In this document: positions 1 through 9,155 of the stretch, piece by piece | How the letters are laid out: each line of letters opens with the position of its first letter | How positions within the stretch are numbered: position 1 is the stretch's first letter | Assembly (NCBI GenBank): GCA_041479905.1 | Contig: JBGOYY010000005.1 | Location: 7,665-71,664 of the forward strand | DNA: 64,000 bases | Source: Candidatus Aminicenantia bacterium | GTDB taxonomy: Bacteria > Acidobacteriota > Aminicenantia > Aminicenantales > Saccharicenantaceae | Direction of reading: 5' to 3' | The notes under the pieces: generated by a model | The model's input: the letters and a program-made list of their open reading frames with translations, nothing else | Told to the model about the DNA's origin: nothing | The model's database searches: none | Position numbers and translations under genes: made by a program

Positions 1-402
1 TTCATCCCATAACAAATCAACGACAAAATTGCCTCCGCTCTTACACAGCTTTGATAAAACCATCTGGATCCGCTCTCGCTTCTCCTGGTTTTTGATGAGA
101 CCGTCAATGATCTCACTCCGTTCTTCCAGCGGCTTCCGAGAAAAAGCGGGCGTCCTGAGGAGGGCATAAAGCACCTGCTCGCCCGGAATGGTCAGAGTCT
201 GGTTCATCCGGCTATAGATGAGATCCATATCCAAGTCGGTCCATGTTCTGTCATCGACTACATATTGTGACTCTCTGATCGCTGTGGTTTTTCTAAAATA
301 CTTACTAATCTCGGCAGAGTCTGTTTCGTGAGTCTCGGATGTGCCCCATTTCTTCCGCAACGACATCAGAAGCTTGTTTTTCCGCGATCCCCACTTTTTC
401 AT
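1..402 (-). CDS. partial CDS (N-terminal 134 codons, runs off the left edge of the window); AT-rich; possibly a MutS-related (MutS domain V family) protein
   Basis: Uninterrupted minus-strand frame from ATG (400-402) to position 1: MKKWGSRKNKLLMSLRKKWG...VVDDRTWTDLDMDLIYSRMNQTLTIPGEQVLYALLRTPAFSRKPLEERSEIIDGLIKNQEKRERI... It is absent from the ORF track because it has no in-window stop. The region is visibly AT-rich compared with the rest of the window. The MutS-related assignment is from memory of similar N-termini and is not verified. Confidence 0.4.
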   Translation of the reverse strand, partial: MKKWGSRKNKLLMSLRKKWGTSETHETDSAEISKYFRKTTAIRESQYVVDDRTWTDLDMDLIYSRMNQTLTIPGEQVLYALLRTPAFSRKPLEERSEIIDGLIKNQEKRERIQMVLSKLCKSGGNFVVDLLWDE

Positions 403-488
403 TCTCGTTAAAATAATATATCAGAAAATTCGAGAATTGGAAGAGCTTGATTTGTGGTACTAGGAAGTTTTGTTTACTGACATCCCGG

Positions 489-689
489 CTACATACGGTT
501 GCCGCCGCCGACATAAAGCACTTGCCCGGTGATCCAGTCCGCCTGCCGGGAAGCGAAGAAGACTACCGCCGAGGCGATGTCTTCGGGTGTCCCTATGCGG
601 CGCAGCGGATAAGTCTTGGCCAGGGCTTCGGCCGCGTCCTTCGTCAACCAGCCGGTCTGAACGGCTCCGGGAGAAACGAGGATGGCGAT
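489..689 (-). pseudogene. short-chain dehydrogenase/reductase (SDR) C-terminal fragment, truncated remnant
   Basis: Only the last ~66 residues (..[60 protein letters not shown]) match the conserved SDR C-terminus. The rest of the 105-aa ORF has no Rossmann TGxxxGxG or catalytic YxxxK region. Confidence 0.45.
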
Positions 690-712
690 TAAATTAACAG
701 AAAAAATAAGAG

Positions 713-1402
713 CTAGTTGATGATTTTCAATAAGCGTCCCCAGCGGGCTTTGGGGATAAAGTTCAATATTTTTTTCAACCGGTCGCGGAAGTTTGTTTTT
801 TGCCATGCGTCCCGTTCTGCTTCGTATGAAAAATAAATGACCCAGGGCCTCCCCTTGATATTAGCTAGAGGTACGAAGCCCCACGTTCGGCTATCCGCGC
901 TGTCGTCGCGGTTGTCTCCCATAACAAAGAGGTGTCCCGCCGGGACGATAACCGGCCCGTAGTTATCTCTTATGGCAAATTCATAATGATAAGCGTCGTC
1001 CTTTGAATAGGCCTGGCTGTCCTTGTGGATTTTGTAAGGCTCATCGATAGGTCCATCATTGATGTAGAGCTGCTTGGCTCGGATTTCAACCTTGTCCCCT
1101 TCCAGGCCGATCACGCGCTTTACATAGTCCTTTGTTAAATCTTTTGGCCACTTGAAGACGACGATATCCTTTCTCTTAATTTGCTTCCGCGGCAGCAGCA
1201 TACCCTCGAGTGAAAACGAGGGCCGCACGTAGGCCATCTTGTTAACCAAGAGGAAATCTCCAACGAGGAGTTTCGGGATCATCGACCCGGTAGGGATCTG
1301 AAAGGCCTGGACAACGAACGTCATGACGAAGAAAACGAAGACAGCTGTCTCAGCGATGAGTTCGAAATATTCCCGGACGACATTCTTGCCCTTTTTCTTC
1401 AT
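713..1402 (-). CDS. lepB: signal peptidase I
   Basis: Catalytic boxes are present: [10 protein letters not shown] (Ser box), KRVIGLEGD (Lys box), [17 protein letters not shown]. The start at M36 ([12 protein letters not shown] 1400-1402) is preferred because 1403-1510 is AT-rich and promoter-like. The alternative start is at 1507. Confidence 0.85.
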   Translation of the reverse strand: MKKKGKNVVREYFELIAETAVFVFFVMTFVVQAFQIPTGSMIPKLLVGDFLLVNKMAYVRPSFSLEGMLLPRKQIKRKDIVVFKWPKDLTKDYVKRVIGLEGDKVEIRAKQLYINDGPIDEPYKIHKDSQAYSKDDAYHYEFAIRDNYGPVIVPAGHLFVMGDNRDDSADSRTWGFVPLANIKGRPWVIYFSYEAERDAWQKTNFRDRLKKILNFIPKARWGRLLKIIN

Positions 1403-1588
1403 CTCGCTACCAGCTTTTAACGCAAAAGAAGGTACTAATATAATCTGAATAAAAGAATTCTTCAAGGATGACCTATCCCCGACCATGGCTTTGAGAATCG
1501 CTCTCAACCTGTCATGAGGGCGATAATCCGCTATAATCTATATTCGTGTCCCCGGGACGCGGAGAGACAGAAGATAAAAAGGAGCCCT

Positions 1589-3442
1589 GTGCGCAGACAA
1601 GATATCCGCAACGTCGCCATCATCGCCCATGTCGATCATGGGAAAACGACGCTTGTCGACGCGATGATGCGACAGTGCAAGCTGTTCCGCAATATCGACC
1701 AGATGGGCGATTGCATCCTCGATTCGGGCGATCTCGAGCGCGAGCGGGGCATCACCATCGTCTCCAAGAATATGTCGCTGACCTGGCAGGGCGTCAAGAT
1801 CAACATCGTCGACACGCCCGGCCACTCGGACTTCGGCGGCGAGGTCGAACGCGTCCTCCGGATGGTCGACGGCGTCCTACTGCTCATCGATGCGGCGGAA
1901 GGCCCGCTGCCGCAGACCCGTTTCGTGCTCAAAAAAGCCCTGGAGCTGGGCCTCCGGCCCATCGTCGTCATCAACAAGACCGACCGTCCGGACGCCCGGA
2001 TCCACGAGGTCCTCAACGAGACCGTCGATCTCTTCATCGAGCTCGACGCCGACGATGAGCAATGGAATTTCCCGGTTATCTACGCGTCGGGCCGGAACGG
2101 CACGTCGACGACGAATCTGGCCGACCCGGCGCGGGACCTGACCCCGCTCTTCCGATCCATCCTGGATCATGTGCCGGCCCCGGAATACGATCCTGAGAGC
2201 CCGCTCTCCGGACTGATCACCAACATCACCCATGACGATTATATCGGGCGCATCGGCATCGGCCGCCTGTTGGGAGGCCGGGTCCGGACCGGCGACCCGA
2301 TCGCGGTCCTGTCCGGGGGTGATAAGCAGGTTTTAGGACAGGTCCAGAGGTTGTTCGTTTTCGAGGGACTGGAACGGACGGTCGTGTCCGTCGTCGAGGC
2401 GGGCGAACTCTTCGCCTTCGCGGGCATCCCTTCCGTGACCATCGGCGATTCCATCGCCGACCCCGAGAGGCCCATCCGCCTCAACATCCTGACCATCGAG
2501 CCGCCGACCGTTTCCATGATGTTCATGGTCAACAACAGCCCGTTCGGAGGCCGGGAAGGCAAGCATGTCACCTCCAGCAAATTGCGCGAACGTGTCGAAA
2601 AGGAGCTGAGGACGAACGTGTCCATCTCCGTCGAATGGGGCGATTCTCCGGACCGGTTCACGGTCGCCGGCCGCGGCGAGCTGCAGCTGGCCATCCTCAT
2701 CGAACAGATGCGCCGCGAGGGCTACGAGTTCCAGGTTTCGATGCCCCAGGTCATCACGAAGACGGATGGAGACAAGGTGCTTGAACCCTACGAGACCCTG
2801 GTTGCGGACATGCCGAAGGAGTGCTCCGGCACGGTCATCCGCATGCTGGGCGGGAAAAAAGGCGTGTTGGAAAGAATAATCGACCTGAAGGGGACCTATA
2901 CCCGCCTGACCTTTACCATTCCCATGCGGGGGCTATTCGGTTTTCGGATGGAGTTCCTGAGCCAGACGAGGGGCAACGGCGTCATGGCCCACACGTATCT
3001 CGGCTACCGTGAGTGGGCCGGGAAGATCGGCGGCCGCAGGAACGGCGTCCTGGTCTCCGACCACACCGGGACCGTCGCCACTTATGCCGTGGCGAACATC
3101 CAGGACCGCGGCCGCCTTTTCGTGTCTGCCGGGGACATGGTCTACACCGGACAGATCGTCGGCGAAACCATGCACGCCCACGACCTGAAGGTCAATCCCA
3201 CCAAGCAGAAACATCTCACGAACATGCGCTCCTCCACGTCGGATATCGCCGCCAAGATCGATGCGCCCGCCCTCCTGGCGCTGGACCAGATGATGGACTA
3301 CATCAACGATGACGAACTGCTGGAGGTCACGCCCACGTCGCTCCGCATGCGCAAGAAGCTCCTGGACTTCAAGGAGAGAAAACGCGCCGGCCTGGGCCAT
3401 ATATCCCATGTCTTGCGCGATCGAGCCGGGGAGATCCGTTGA
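1589..3442 (+). CDS. typA: translational GTPase TypA/BipA
   Basis: IRNVAIIAHVDHGKTTLVD G1 box, DTPGH G3 box, NKTDR G4 box, and the EF-G-like domain II/III/V order of BipA. The start is taken at an in-frame GTG (1589-1591) preceded by AAGGAG. The ORF track start at 1514 adds an implausible leader. Confidence 0.9.
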   Translation: MRRQDIRNVAIIAHVDHGKTTLVDAMMRQCKLFRNIDQMGDCILDSGDLERERGITIVSKNMSLTWQGVKINIVDTPGHSDFGGEVERVLRMVDGVLLLIDAAEGPLPQTRFVLKKALELGLRPIVVINKTDRPDARIHEVLNETVDLFIELDADDEQWNFPVIYASGRNGTSTTNLADPARDLTPLFRSILDHVPAPEYDPESPLSGLITNITHDDYIGRIGIGRLLGGRVRTGDPIAVLSGGDKQVLGQVQRLFVFEGLERTVVSVVEAGELFAFAGIPSVTIGDSIADPERPIRLNILTIEPPTVSMMFMVNNSPFGGREGKHVTSSKLRERVEKELRTNVSISVEWGDSPDRFTVAGRGELQLAILIEQMRREGYEFQVSMPQVITKTDGDKVLEPYETLVADMPKECSGTVIRMLGGKKGVLERIIDLKGTYTRLTFTIPMRGLFGFRMEFLSQTRGNGVMAHTYLGYREWAGKIGGRRNGVLVSDHTGTVATYAVANIQDRGRLFVSAGDMVYTGQIVGETMHAHDLKVNPTKQKHLTNMRSSTSDIAAKIDAPALLALDQMMDYINDDELLEVTPTSLRMRKKLLDFKERKRAGLGHISHVLRDRAGEIR

Positions 3443-3451
3443 ACATCATAG

Positions 3452-3467
3452 GGGGTTCGATCCCCCT
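3452..3467. terminator. putative bidirectional hairpin between the convergent typA and TPR genes
   Basis: GGGGGTTCGATCCCCC is a perfect 5-bp stem with a 6-nt loop, located between the typA stop (3442) and the TPR gene stop (3471). There is no U-tract, so confidence is low. Confidence 0.3.
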
Positions 3468-3470
3468 CAC

Positions 3471-4250
3471 TCACCTCCCCTCCTTCTCCCCTCGGGAAGC
3501 CGGGCTCTTCAGGAAATTCTTGACCCTCGGGTCGTCCCGGACTTTCTCGAACTCTTTTTCCCTGAGGATCCTCGGCCAATCCACGAAACCGGCCTCCCGG
3601 GTCTTGTCCAGATACTCCACGGTCTTATCGACGTTCCCTGCGGACGCATAGGCCTTGGCGTAGGTGAAGTAGGTCTCCTTCATGTCGAAGGACAGGGAGG
3701 AGAACGTGGTGACCAGCTTTTTGTGTTTTTCCAAGTAATCGGGGTCGAGGGCGATCCCCCTGGAGAGATAGCGGGTCCCTTCATCCGTCCGCCCGAGGTT
3801 GGAGAGGAGAATACCCAAGCTGTAATTGGCGGAGACTAGGTCGGGCGCGAGCGCGAGCGCTTTCTTGTACATGTCCTCGGCTCTGGCGAACTGCAACTTG
3901 ATCGAAAACACGCCGGCCACGTTGTTGTAGGCCGTGGCGAAGGACGGATCCAGGGCGGCGGCTTTTTCGAACTGTTCCTTGGCCGGGTTGTAGCCCTCCT
4001 GCTGAAAATAGCAAAGGCCCAGGTAATTATGGGCCTTGGGCGAATCCGGCCTGATCGCCACCGCCGTCCGCAGTTTTTCCTCGGCCCGCTTGTACTCTCC
4101 CCTTGCCAGATCAGAAAGCCCCTGTTCCAGATAAACATCGAAGGACCGGTCCGCCGGCGCCGCGGCGTTCGAGCGGGGGATGGCCCGGCTGGCGCAGGCG
4201 GACGCGAATAGCAAAACGCCCATGAAGAGACACCCTGACTTTCGCCCCAT
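3471..4250 (-). CDS. TPR-repeat lipoprotein (secreted)
   Basis: Signal peptide with Cys (MGRKSGCLFMGVLLFASAC), followed by several 34-residue TPR-like units (AHNYLGLCYFQQEGYNPAKEQFEKAAALDP, ATAYNNVAGVF.., ANYSLGILLSNLGRTDEG). Confidence 0.6.
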   Translation of the reverse strand: MGRKSGCLFMGVLLFASACASRAIPRSNAAAPADRSFDVYLEQGLSDLARGEYKRAEEKLRTAVAIRPDSPKAHNYLGLCYFQQEGYNPAKEQFEKAAALDPSFATAYNNVAGVFSIKLQFARAEDMYKKALALAPDLVSANYSLGILLSNLGRTDEGTRYLSRGIALDPDYLEKHKKLVTTFSSLSFDMKETYFTYAKAYASAGNVDKTVEYLDKTREAGFVDWPRILREKEFEKVRDDPRVKNFLKSPASRGEKEGR

Positions 4251-4437
4251 GTTTTTTTCTCCCTGCCGACCTCAGAGTCTCCATTACAATATATAAGAGC
4301 GGGATGGCCGAATGTCAAGTCGTCTGGGCCGGCGGCCGTCCGTTTCTTGATTTACTCCGGAGCACGAGCTCACAAAAAACACCAGCGTTTCCCTTCTCTC
4401 GGTTGTATTATTAGATGAGGGCCGTGGTGGCCGTCTC

Positions 4438-4986
4438 ATGGATGAACACGGGATCATTAAACGATGCCTCGAAGGGGACACCGGGAGTTTTCAGCAGATC
4501 GTCGCCAGCCATACGGCGCCCCTGATGGCGGCGGCGATGACCATCCTGGGAAACCGGCAGGACGCCGAGGATCTCTGCCAGGAGACGTTCATTCAAGCTT
4601 ACCGTCATCTTTCGAGCTTCGACGCAGGAAGAAGCCTCAGAGTCTGGCTCTATACGATCCTCTATCGCCGCTGCCTCAACGCCGTCAAGAGGAAGAAGAA
4701 GTTCGCCGGCATATTGAATAGACTGAAGACCGAGCCCGAGGCCTGGATGCTGGCGCACAATCCGCGCCCCGGAGATCCGGCGGCCCTCCCACCGGGGCTC
4801 TACGGAACCCTCAGTCCAAGGGAACGAACCGTTCTTTCATTATGGGTCAACGAAGATTACACTGCCGTGGAAATTTCGGTCATCCTCGAATGTTCCCCCA
4901 GCACCGCCCGGTGCTATCTCTTCAACATCCGCAAGAAAATACGCGCCCTGATGGAGAAGAACCATGAGAGCCTGTCGAGCCGTTGA
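4438..4986 (+). CDS. ECF (sigma-24 type) RNA polymerase sigma factor
   Basis: Region 2 (SFQQIVASHTAPLMAAAMTILGNRQDAEDLCQETFIQAYRHLSSFD..WLYTILYRRCLN) and region 4 HTH (LSPRERTVLSLWVNEDYTAVEISVILECSPSTARCYLFNIRKKI). Confidence 0.8.
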   Translation: MDEHGIIKRCLEGDTGSFQQIVASHTAPLMAAAMTILGNRQDAEDLCQETFIQAYRHLSSFDAGRSLRVWLYTILYRRCLNAVKRKKKFAGILNRLKTEPEAWMLAHNPRPGDPAALPPGLYGTLSPRERTVLSLWVNEDYTAVEISVILECSPSTARCYLFNIRKKIRALMEKNHESLSSR

Positions 4987-5437
4987 GTTTTTGTCCCAGG
5001 TCTTGCCCTTCAGGGCCTGGAGGGGAAACATTATCCAGCGCCATATCGACGGTTGTCCCATCTGTCGGGCGAAGCTGGCTGGTCGAGATGAGGCTGGGGA
5101 GTATGTGATCCAGCCTGAGGCCGTCGGCCCCACGGACTCGATTTGGCCGGCCGTGGAAGCCGGAATCCGGATGACGTCCCCGGCACCAGAGCGCCATTTC
5201 TTGCCTGTCGGCAGGCTTTTGCGGCGCGCGGCTGGAGTCGCGGCCGCGGCCGGCGTCCTTTTTTTGTTATTCCTGGTGGTCAGGCCCCCCAAGCCGGTCG
5301 GTGGCCGCTCACCCGTCGTTAACGTTGAGGAGTTCCGGCTGGATTCGATAGAAGTCTGGGGCAAGCCCGCCAGGGCATTATTCTACCAGCCCAGGGATTC
5401 CCAAATCATGATCATCTGGGCAGGAGAGAGCTTTTAA
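4964..5437 (+). CDS. putative zinc-finger anti-sigma factor (single-pass membrane)
   Basis: Overlaps the sigma gene 3' end by 23 nt. Has an HxxxCxxC motif (HIDGCPICRAKL) followed by a hydrophobic TM segment (AAGVAAAAGVLFLLFLVV). This is the typical ECF partner arrangement. Confidence 0.55.
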   Translation: MRACRAVEFLSQVLPFRAWRGNIIQRHIDGCPICRAKLAGRDEAGEYVIQPEAVGPTDSIWPAVEAGIRMTSPAPERHFLPVGRLLRRAAGVAAAAGVLFLLFLVVRPPKPVGGRSPVVNVEEFRLDSIEVWGKPARALFYQPRDSQIMIIWAGESF

Positions 5438-5449
5438 AGGAGGCGTGCT

Positions 5450-6691
5450 ATGAAAAAGACGATTGGGATGATTCTGGGTTTAGCTTTTCTCGGCCCGCTC
5501 CTGTGGAGCCAGGGATTAGACGAGATCAATGTCGTTGAAATGAGCTGGGTTCTCAAGTGCTATCAGGGAATCAGGGCGGGGACGACCGCGACTCCAGGGG
5601 TCGTCGCGTCGTCCTATTCCAAACCGGCGTTTTTCGATAATTTGGGAAAAGACGAAGACCTGGCCAAGGAGCGCGATCTCATTAAAACGACGTTCAACCT
5701 CGGCGACGTCCGGCCCGTCTCCCAGGGGGAGCTGTGGTTGAAGGAAGCCCAGGCGACGAGCATGCTCCAAATTGTCCGGGAGAGAGAAAAGCCCCTGGCC
5801 ATTGAACTCGAAAGGCTCGACACGAGCTGGCTCCATTATAGGATCACGGTATACGAAGTGAACGCGGAGAGGAAAGCCATCATGCGCTCGGCTTTCACGA
5901 TTCCGAGCACGATGACCCTGAAGGACGCCGTCGTCTTCGGGTTCGAGGACTCGGCACGGAGTCCGCTCTTCCTGTCGCTGCGGATCACGAACCTCTATGC
6001 CGAAGGGAAGGACGCCGGGACACGCCCGGCGGCTAAAGGGTATGCGCTGGCGAAAGCCGTCCAGAAAGGGGAACTTACTCAAAAAGCGAATGAGTTTGAA
6101 AAAGGGGCCGTAGCCTGCCGGGGAGAGATCAGGCCGCCCCGGCCGATTTCAATCGTGGAACCCGACTACCCCGAGAACGCCGTCAAGAAGGGGATCGAGG
6201 GATACGTGATACTCGCGTTGAAGGTCAACGAAGCGGGACGCGTGGTCGATGCCATGGTCCTGAGGTCGATCCCGGAACTCGACCGGGCCGCCCTTGACGT
6301 CGTCAAGAAATGGGTCTATGAGCCGTTGCTCGTCGAGGGCAAACCTAAAACGTGCGTCTTCACCTCCACTGTTAACTTCAGCCTCGAAAAGCTGAAAGCG
6401 GCAAAGAACGAGCCCGCGCAGAAGCCGGCGGTAACGGCTCCCCGGCTCTATGCCTATGTCGCCCCCGTCTATCCTGATGCGGCCAAGGCAAAGAGGATCG
6501 AGGGGACGGTCGTCCTCAGCGTGACCTTGGACGGCAACGGCAACGTGATCGCCGCGAAAGTTTTACAGTCCATCCCGGAACTGGACCAGGCGGCCATCGA
6601 CGCCGTCAAGCAATGGAAGTATGAACCGATGGTTGCCAACGGGAAGCCGCGAGCCGTTATCTTCACCGTCTCTGTGGAGTTCAAGCGTTAA
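5450..6691 (+). CDS. secreted protein with two tandem TonB C-terminal domains
   Basis: Signal peptide MKKTIGMILGLAFLGPLLWSQG. Two copies of the TonB_C signature: PDYPENAVKKGIEGYVILALKVNEAGRVVDAMVLRSIPELDRAALDVVKKWVYEP and PVYPDAAKAKRIEGTVVLSVTLDGNGNVIAAKVLQSIPELDQAAIDAVKQWKYEP. The ~200-aa N-terminal region is unassigned. Confidence 0.6.
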   Translation: MKKTIGMILGLAFLGPLLWSQGLDEINVVEMSWVLKCYQGIRAGTTATPGVVASSYSKPAFFDNLGKDEDLAKERDLIKTTFNLGDVRPVSQGELWLKEAQATSMLQIVREREKPLAIELERLDTSWLHYRITVYEVNAERKAIMRSAFTIPSTMTLKDAVVFGFEDSARSPLFLSLRITNLYAEGKDAGTRPAAKGYALAKAVQKGELTQKANEFEKGAVACRGEIRPPRPISIVEPDYPENAVKKGIEGYVILALKVNEAGRVVDAMVLRSIPELDRAALDVVKKWVYEPLLVEGKPKTCVFTSTVNFSLEKLKAAKNEPAQKPAVTAPRLYAYVAPVYPDAAKAKRIEGTVVLSVTLDGNGNVIAAKVLQSIPELDQAAIDAVKQWKYEPMVANGKPRAVIFTVSVEFKR

Positions 6692-6702
6692 TGATGGCCG
6701 CC

Positions 6703-7932
6703 TCAGTCGTGCCTCAGCGCCTCGATCGGATCCAGCTTTGAGGCCTTCAGCGCCGGATAGATCCCGGAGGCCAGGCCGATGACGGTGCAGACGAAGAACG
6801 ACAGCAGAACGGCGGTGATCGTCCAGCCGACGGGCCAGCCGGTGATCGCCGAGATGACCATGGACAGGGCGAACCCGAAGAGGACCCCCACCACGCCTCC
6901 GGTCGCGGAAATGGAAACCGTCTCCGCGATGAACTGGCTGCGGATGTCGATCTGCCTGGCGCCGACGGCCCGGCGCAGCCCGATTTCCCTGGTCCGCTCG
7001 AGCACCGTGGCCAGCATGATGTTCATGATCCCGATCCCGCCCACGAGGAGCGATATCCCCGCGATGCAGGCCATGACGATGGTGAAGATGTTCTGCGTCT
7101 TCCGGTGCTGTTCGAGAAGCGCCTCGGGCACGATCATCTCGTAATCGTCGATCTCCTTGTGACGCCGCTTCATCAGGTGGGCCAGCGTCGCGGCGGCCGT
7201 GCCGCTCGTGATCTCCGTCTTGAGCTGGACGCGGAATTCGTCGATATCCGATTCATAGGGTCCGAACCGGAACACCTTCAGCGCGGTCTGCAGGGGAACG
7301 TAGATGTTGTTCTGCTCGCCCTTGAGGGTGATGCCCTGGAATTCGTCCTTGAGCAGGCTCTTGTCCTTCAGGACGCCTACGACGGTCATCCAGACGTGGT
7401 TGATCTTCACGTGTTTTCCGATGGCGACCTGGCCGGGGAACAGAACTTGGGCGACGCGGGACCCGATCACGCACACATGGGCGTAGACCACATCGTCGAA
7501 AGGAAGCAGGAACCGTCCCCCGCTCACGCTCAGGTTGGCCATTTCCAGATGCGTCGGCGTTACCCCCCAGACCTCGGCGTCGCTCTCGCCGGCCCCGCTG
7601 AAGACGGTATGGACCTTGACCTGCTTGCTGGCGCTGGAGATGCTCAGGAAGGGCAGCGTCTCCCGGGCCGCATTGAGGTCCTGCAGCGTGAGCCCCGGGG
7701 AATTTTCCCGAATTTCCTTGAGCTTGCTCTCCTCGAAGGTCTTGGCCTTGACGATGATGTTGCGCAGGCCCATGGTATCGATCAGCTGCAGGGCTTCCCT
7801 CTCGGCGCCCCGGCCGATGCTCAACATGGCGATCACCGCCCCGACTCCGAAGATCATCCCCAGCAGGGTGAGCAGGGTGCGCAGCTTGTGCTGCAGGAGA
7901 GATTCCACGGATTCCGCGACGTCGAACTTCAT
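6703..7932 (-). CDS. ABC transporter permease, MacB/FtsX family (periplasmic domain plus 4 TM)
   Basis: MKFDVAESVESLLQHKLRTLLTLLGMIFGVGAVIAMLSIG.. with a large periplasmic loop and a C-terminal FtsX-type TM bundle ending ..IYPALKASKLDPIEALRHD. The ORF track extends it to 8478, but the start is placed at ATG 7930-7932, just after the upstream adaptor stop. Confidence 0.8.
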   Translation of the reverse strand: MKFDVAESVESLLQHKLRTLLTLLGMIFGVGAVIAMLSIGRGAEREALQLIDTMGLRNIIVKAKTFEESKLKEIRENSPGLTLQDLNAARETLPFLSISSASKQVKVHTVFSGAGESDAEVWGVTPTHLEMANLSVSGGRFLLPFDDVVYAHVCVIGSRVAQVLFPGQVAIGKHVKINHVWMTVVGVLKDKSLLKDEFQGITLKGEQNNIYVPLQTALKVFRFGPYESDIDEFRVQLKTEITSGTAAATLAHLMKRRHKEIDDYEMIVPEALLEQHRKTQNIFTIVMACIAGISLLVGGIGIMNIMLATVLERTREIGLRRAVGARQIDIRSQFIAETVSISATGGVVGVLFGFALSMVISAITGWPVGWTITAVLLSFFVCTVIGLASGIYPALKASKLDPIEALRHD

Positions 7933-7934
7933 CT

Positions 7935-9155
7935 TCACGTGGATTTCCCCCCTCGGGCCGGCGTCGGATTGCCGAGGAGAACGACGTCGCCTTCGCTCAA
8001 GCCTTTGGTGATGATCGTCAGCGTGAGGCTCCGCGCACCGGCTTCGACCGCCCGCTTCTCGACCTTGGCCGAGTTCTTCACGAGGAGAAAGGTCTTGCTC
8101 TGCTCGGACACCAGGGCCTGGTTGGGGACGGCGAGGACATCGGCCTGCTTCTCCACGAAGATGGACGCCCTCACCTGGACCCCCGGCTTCATCAGTTGCG
8201 CATCGGTGGTGTCGAGCGCGACCTTGGTCTCGAAGTATTTCAACGGGCTCTCCTCGCCCAGCGGTTTGGCGATCGTGTCGATCCCGATGACCTTGCCGGT
8301 GAAGACCCTCCCCGGCTCGAAGTCGAGACTGATGGAGACGGGGAGGTTCTCCTTGAGTCCCGAGGCTTCGGATTCGAGGACGAAGAGCTTGGCCTCCATC
8401 TGCGTCAGATCGGGCAGGGAACCCAGCTTTTGCCCTCCAAAGGCGTTCATCCCGACACGGTACTTTTCCCCGCTCCAATACTTGTCGATGACCAGCATGC
8501 CGTCATGAGGAGCCTTGATCTCGAGATTGTTCAGCTGATCCTGGATCTGTTTGATCTGCATCCGGCGGGTGCGCGCCTTTGATTGCAGGAGCTGCAATTC
8601 CGCGGCGATCCGCTTTTCCAGCTGGTCTTTTTTTCGTTCGAAATGGCGCTCCCGGGTGTTCTGATAGTCGAGATCGATGGCGTCCTCGATGATCTTGTTC
8701 TTCGCGAAGATGGTCTCGTCCCGGGCCGCATAGACGTCCGCCAGTTCGCGCTGGACCGAGGTCACCGCGATCTCGCCGTGAAGGTCGCTCTTGTCCTTCT
8801 CGAGCTGTTTCTCTTTTTTCCGGATTTCGAGGTCCAGCTTCTCCATTTCGGCGTCCTCGACCCGGAGGCGCTCTTTCAAGTCCGTGCTGGCCAGCCGGAT
8901 GACGACCTCTCCCTCTTTCACCGACGAATACTCCGGCGCCATCCAGGCGATGGTCTGGATGCCGAACCGGCTCTCGGGCGGAACGACGATGGGCGTGGAC
9001 TTGGCCGCCTGCAGTTCGCCGAACGCCGGGATAACGATCTGGAAGTTCCCCTTGTGAACCTTCAGGACGGCCATGCCCGCGTTCTTCGTCCCGCCGCACG
9101 CGGCGGCGAAGGCGGCGAACACGATCAACGCTCCGATGAGCGGCCTGGCTTTCAT
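7935..9155 (-). CDS. HlyD-family periplasmic adaptor (membrane fusion protein), paralog C
   Basis: Signal-anchor MKARPLIGALIVFAAFAAAC, a long charged coiled-coil (EDAEMEKLDLEIRKKEKQLEKDK..QLLQSKARTRRMQIKQIQDQLNNL), and beta-barrel/lipoyl segments. Start overlaps paralog B stop by 4 nt. Confidence 0.75.
   Translation of the reverse strand: MKARPLIGALIVFAAFAAACGGTKNAGMAVLKVHKGNFQIVIPAFGELQAAKSTPIVVPPESRFGIQTIAWMAPEYSSVKEGEVVIRLASTDLKERLRVEDAEMEKLDLEIRKKEKQLEKDKSDLHGEIAVTSVQRELADVYAARDETIFAKNKIIEDAIDLDYQNTRERHFERKKDQLEKRIAAELQLLQSKARTRRMQIKQIQDQLNNLEIKAPHDGMLVIDKYWSGEKYRVGMNAFGGQKLGSLPDLTQMEAKLFVLESEASGLKENLPVSISLDFEPGRVFTGKVIGIDTIAKPLGEESPLKYFETKVALDTTDAQLMKPGVQVRASIFVEKQADVLAVPNQALVSEQSKTFLLVKNSAKVEKRAVEAGARSLTLTIITKGLSEGDVVLLGNPTPARGGKST

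Noticed and set aside
6703-8478. ORF-track call of a 591-aa permease
   Set aside because: The first 182 residues are Arg-rich junk that overlaps the upstream adaptor gene. The real start is the ATG at 7930-7932 (MKFDVAESV..), immediately after the adaptor stop.
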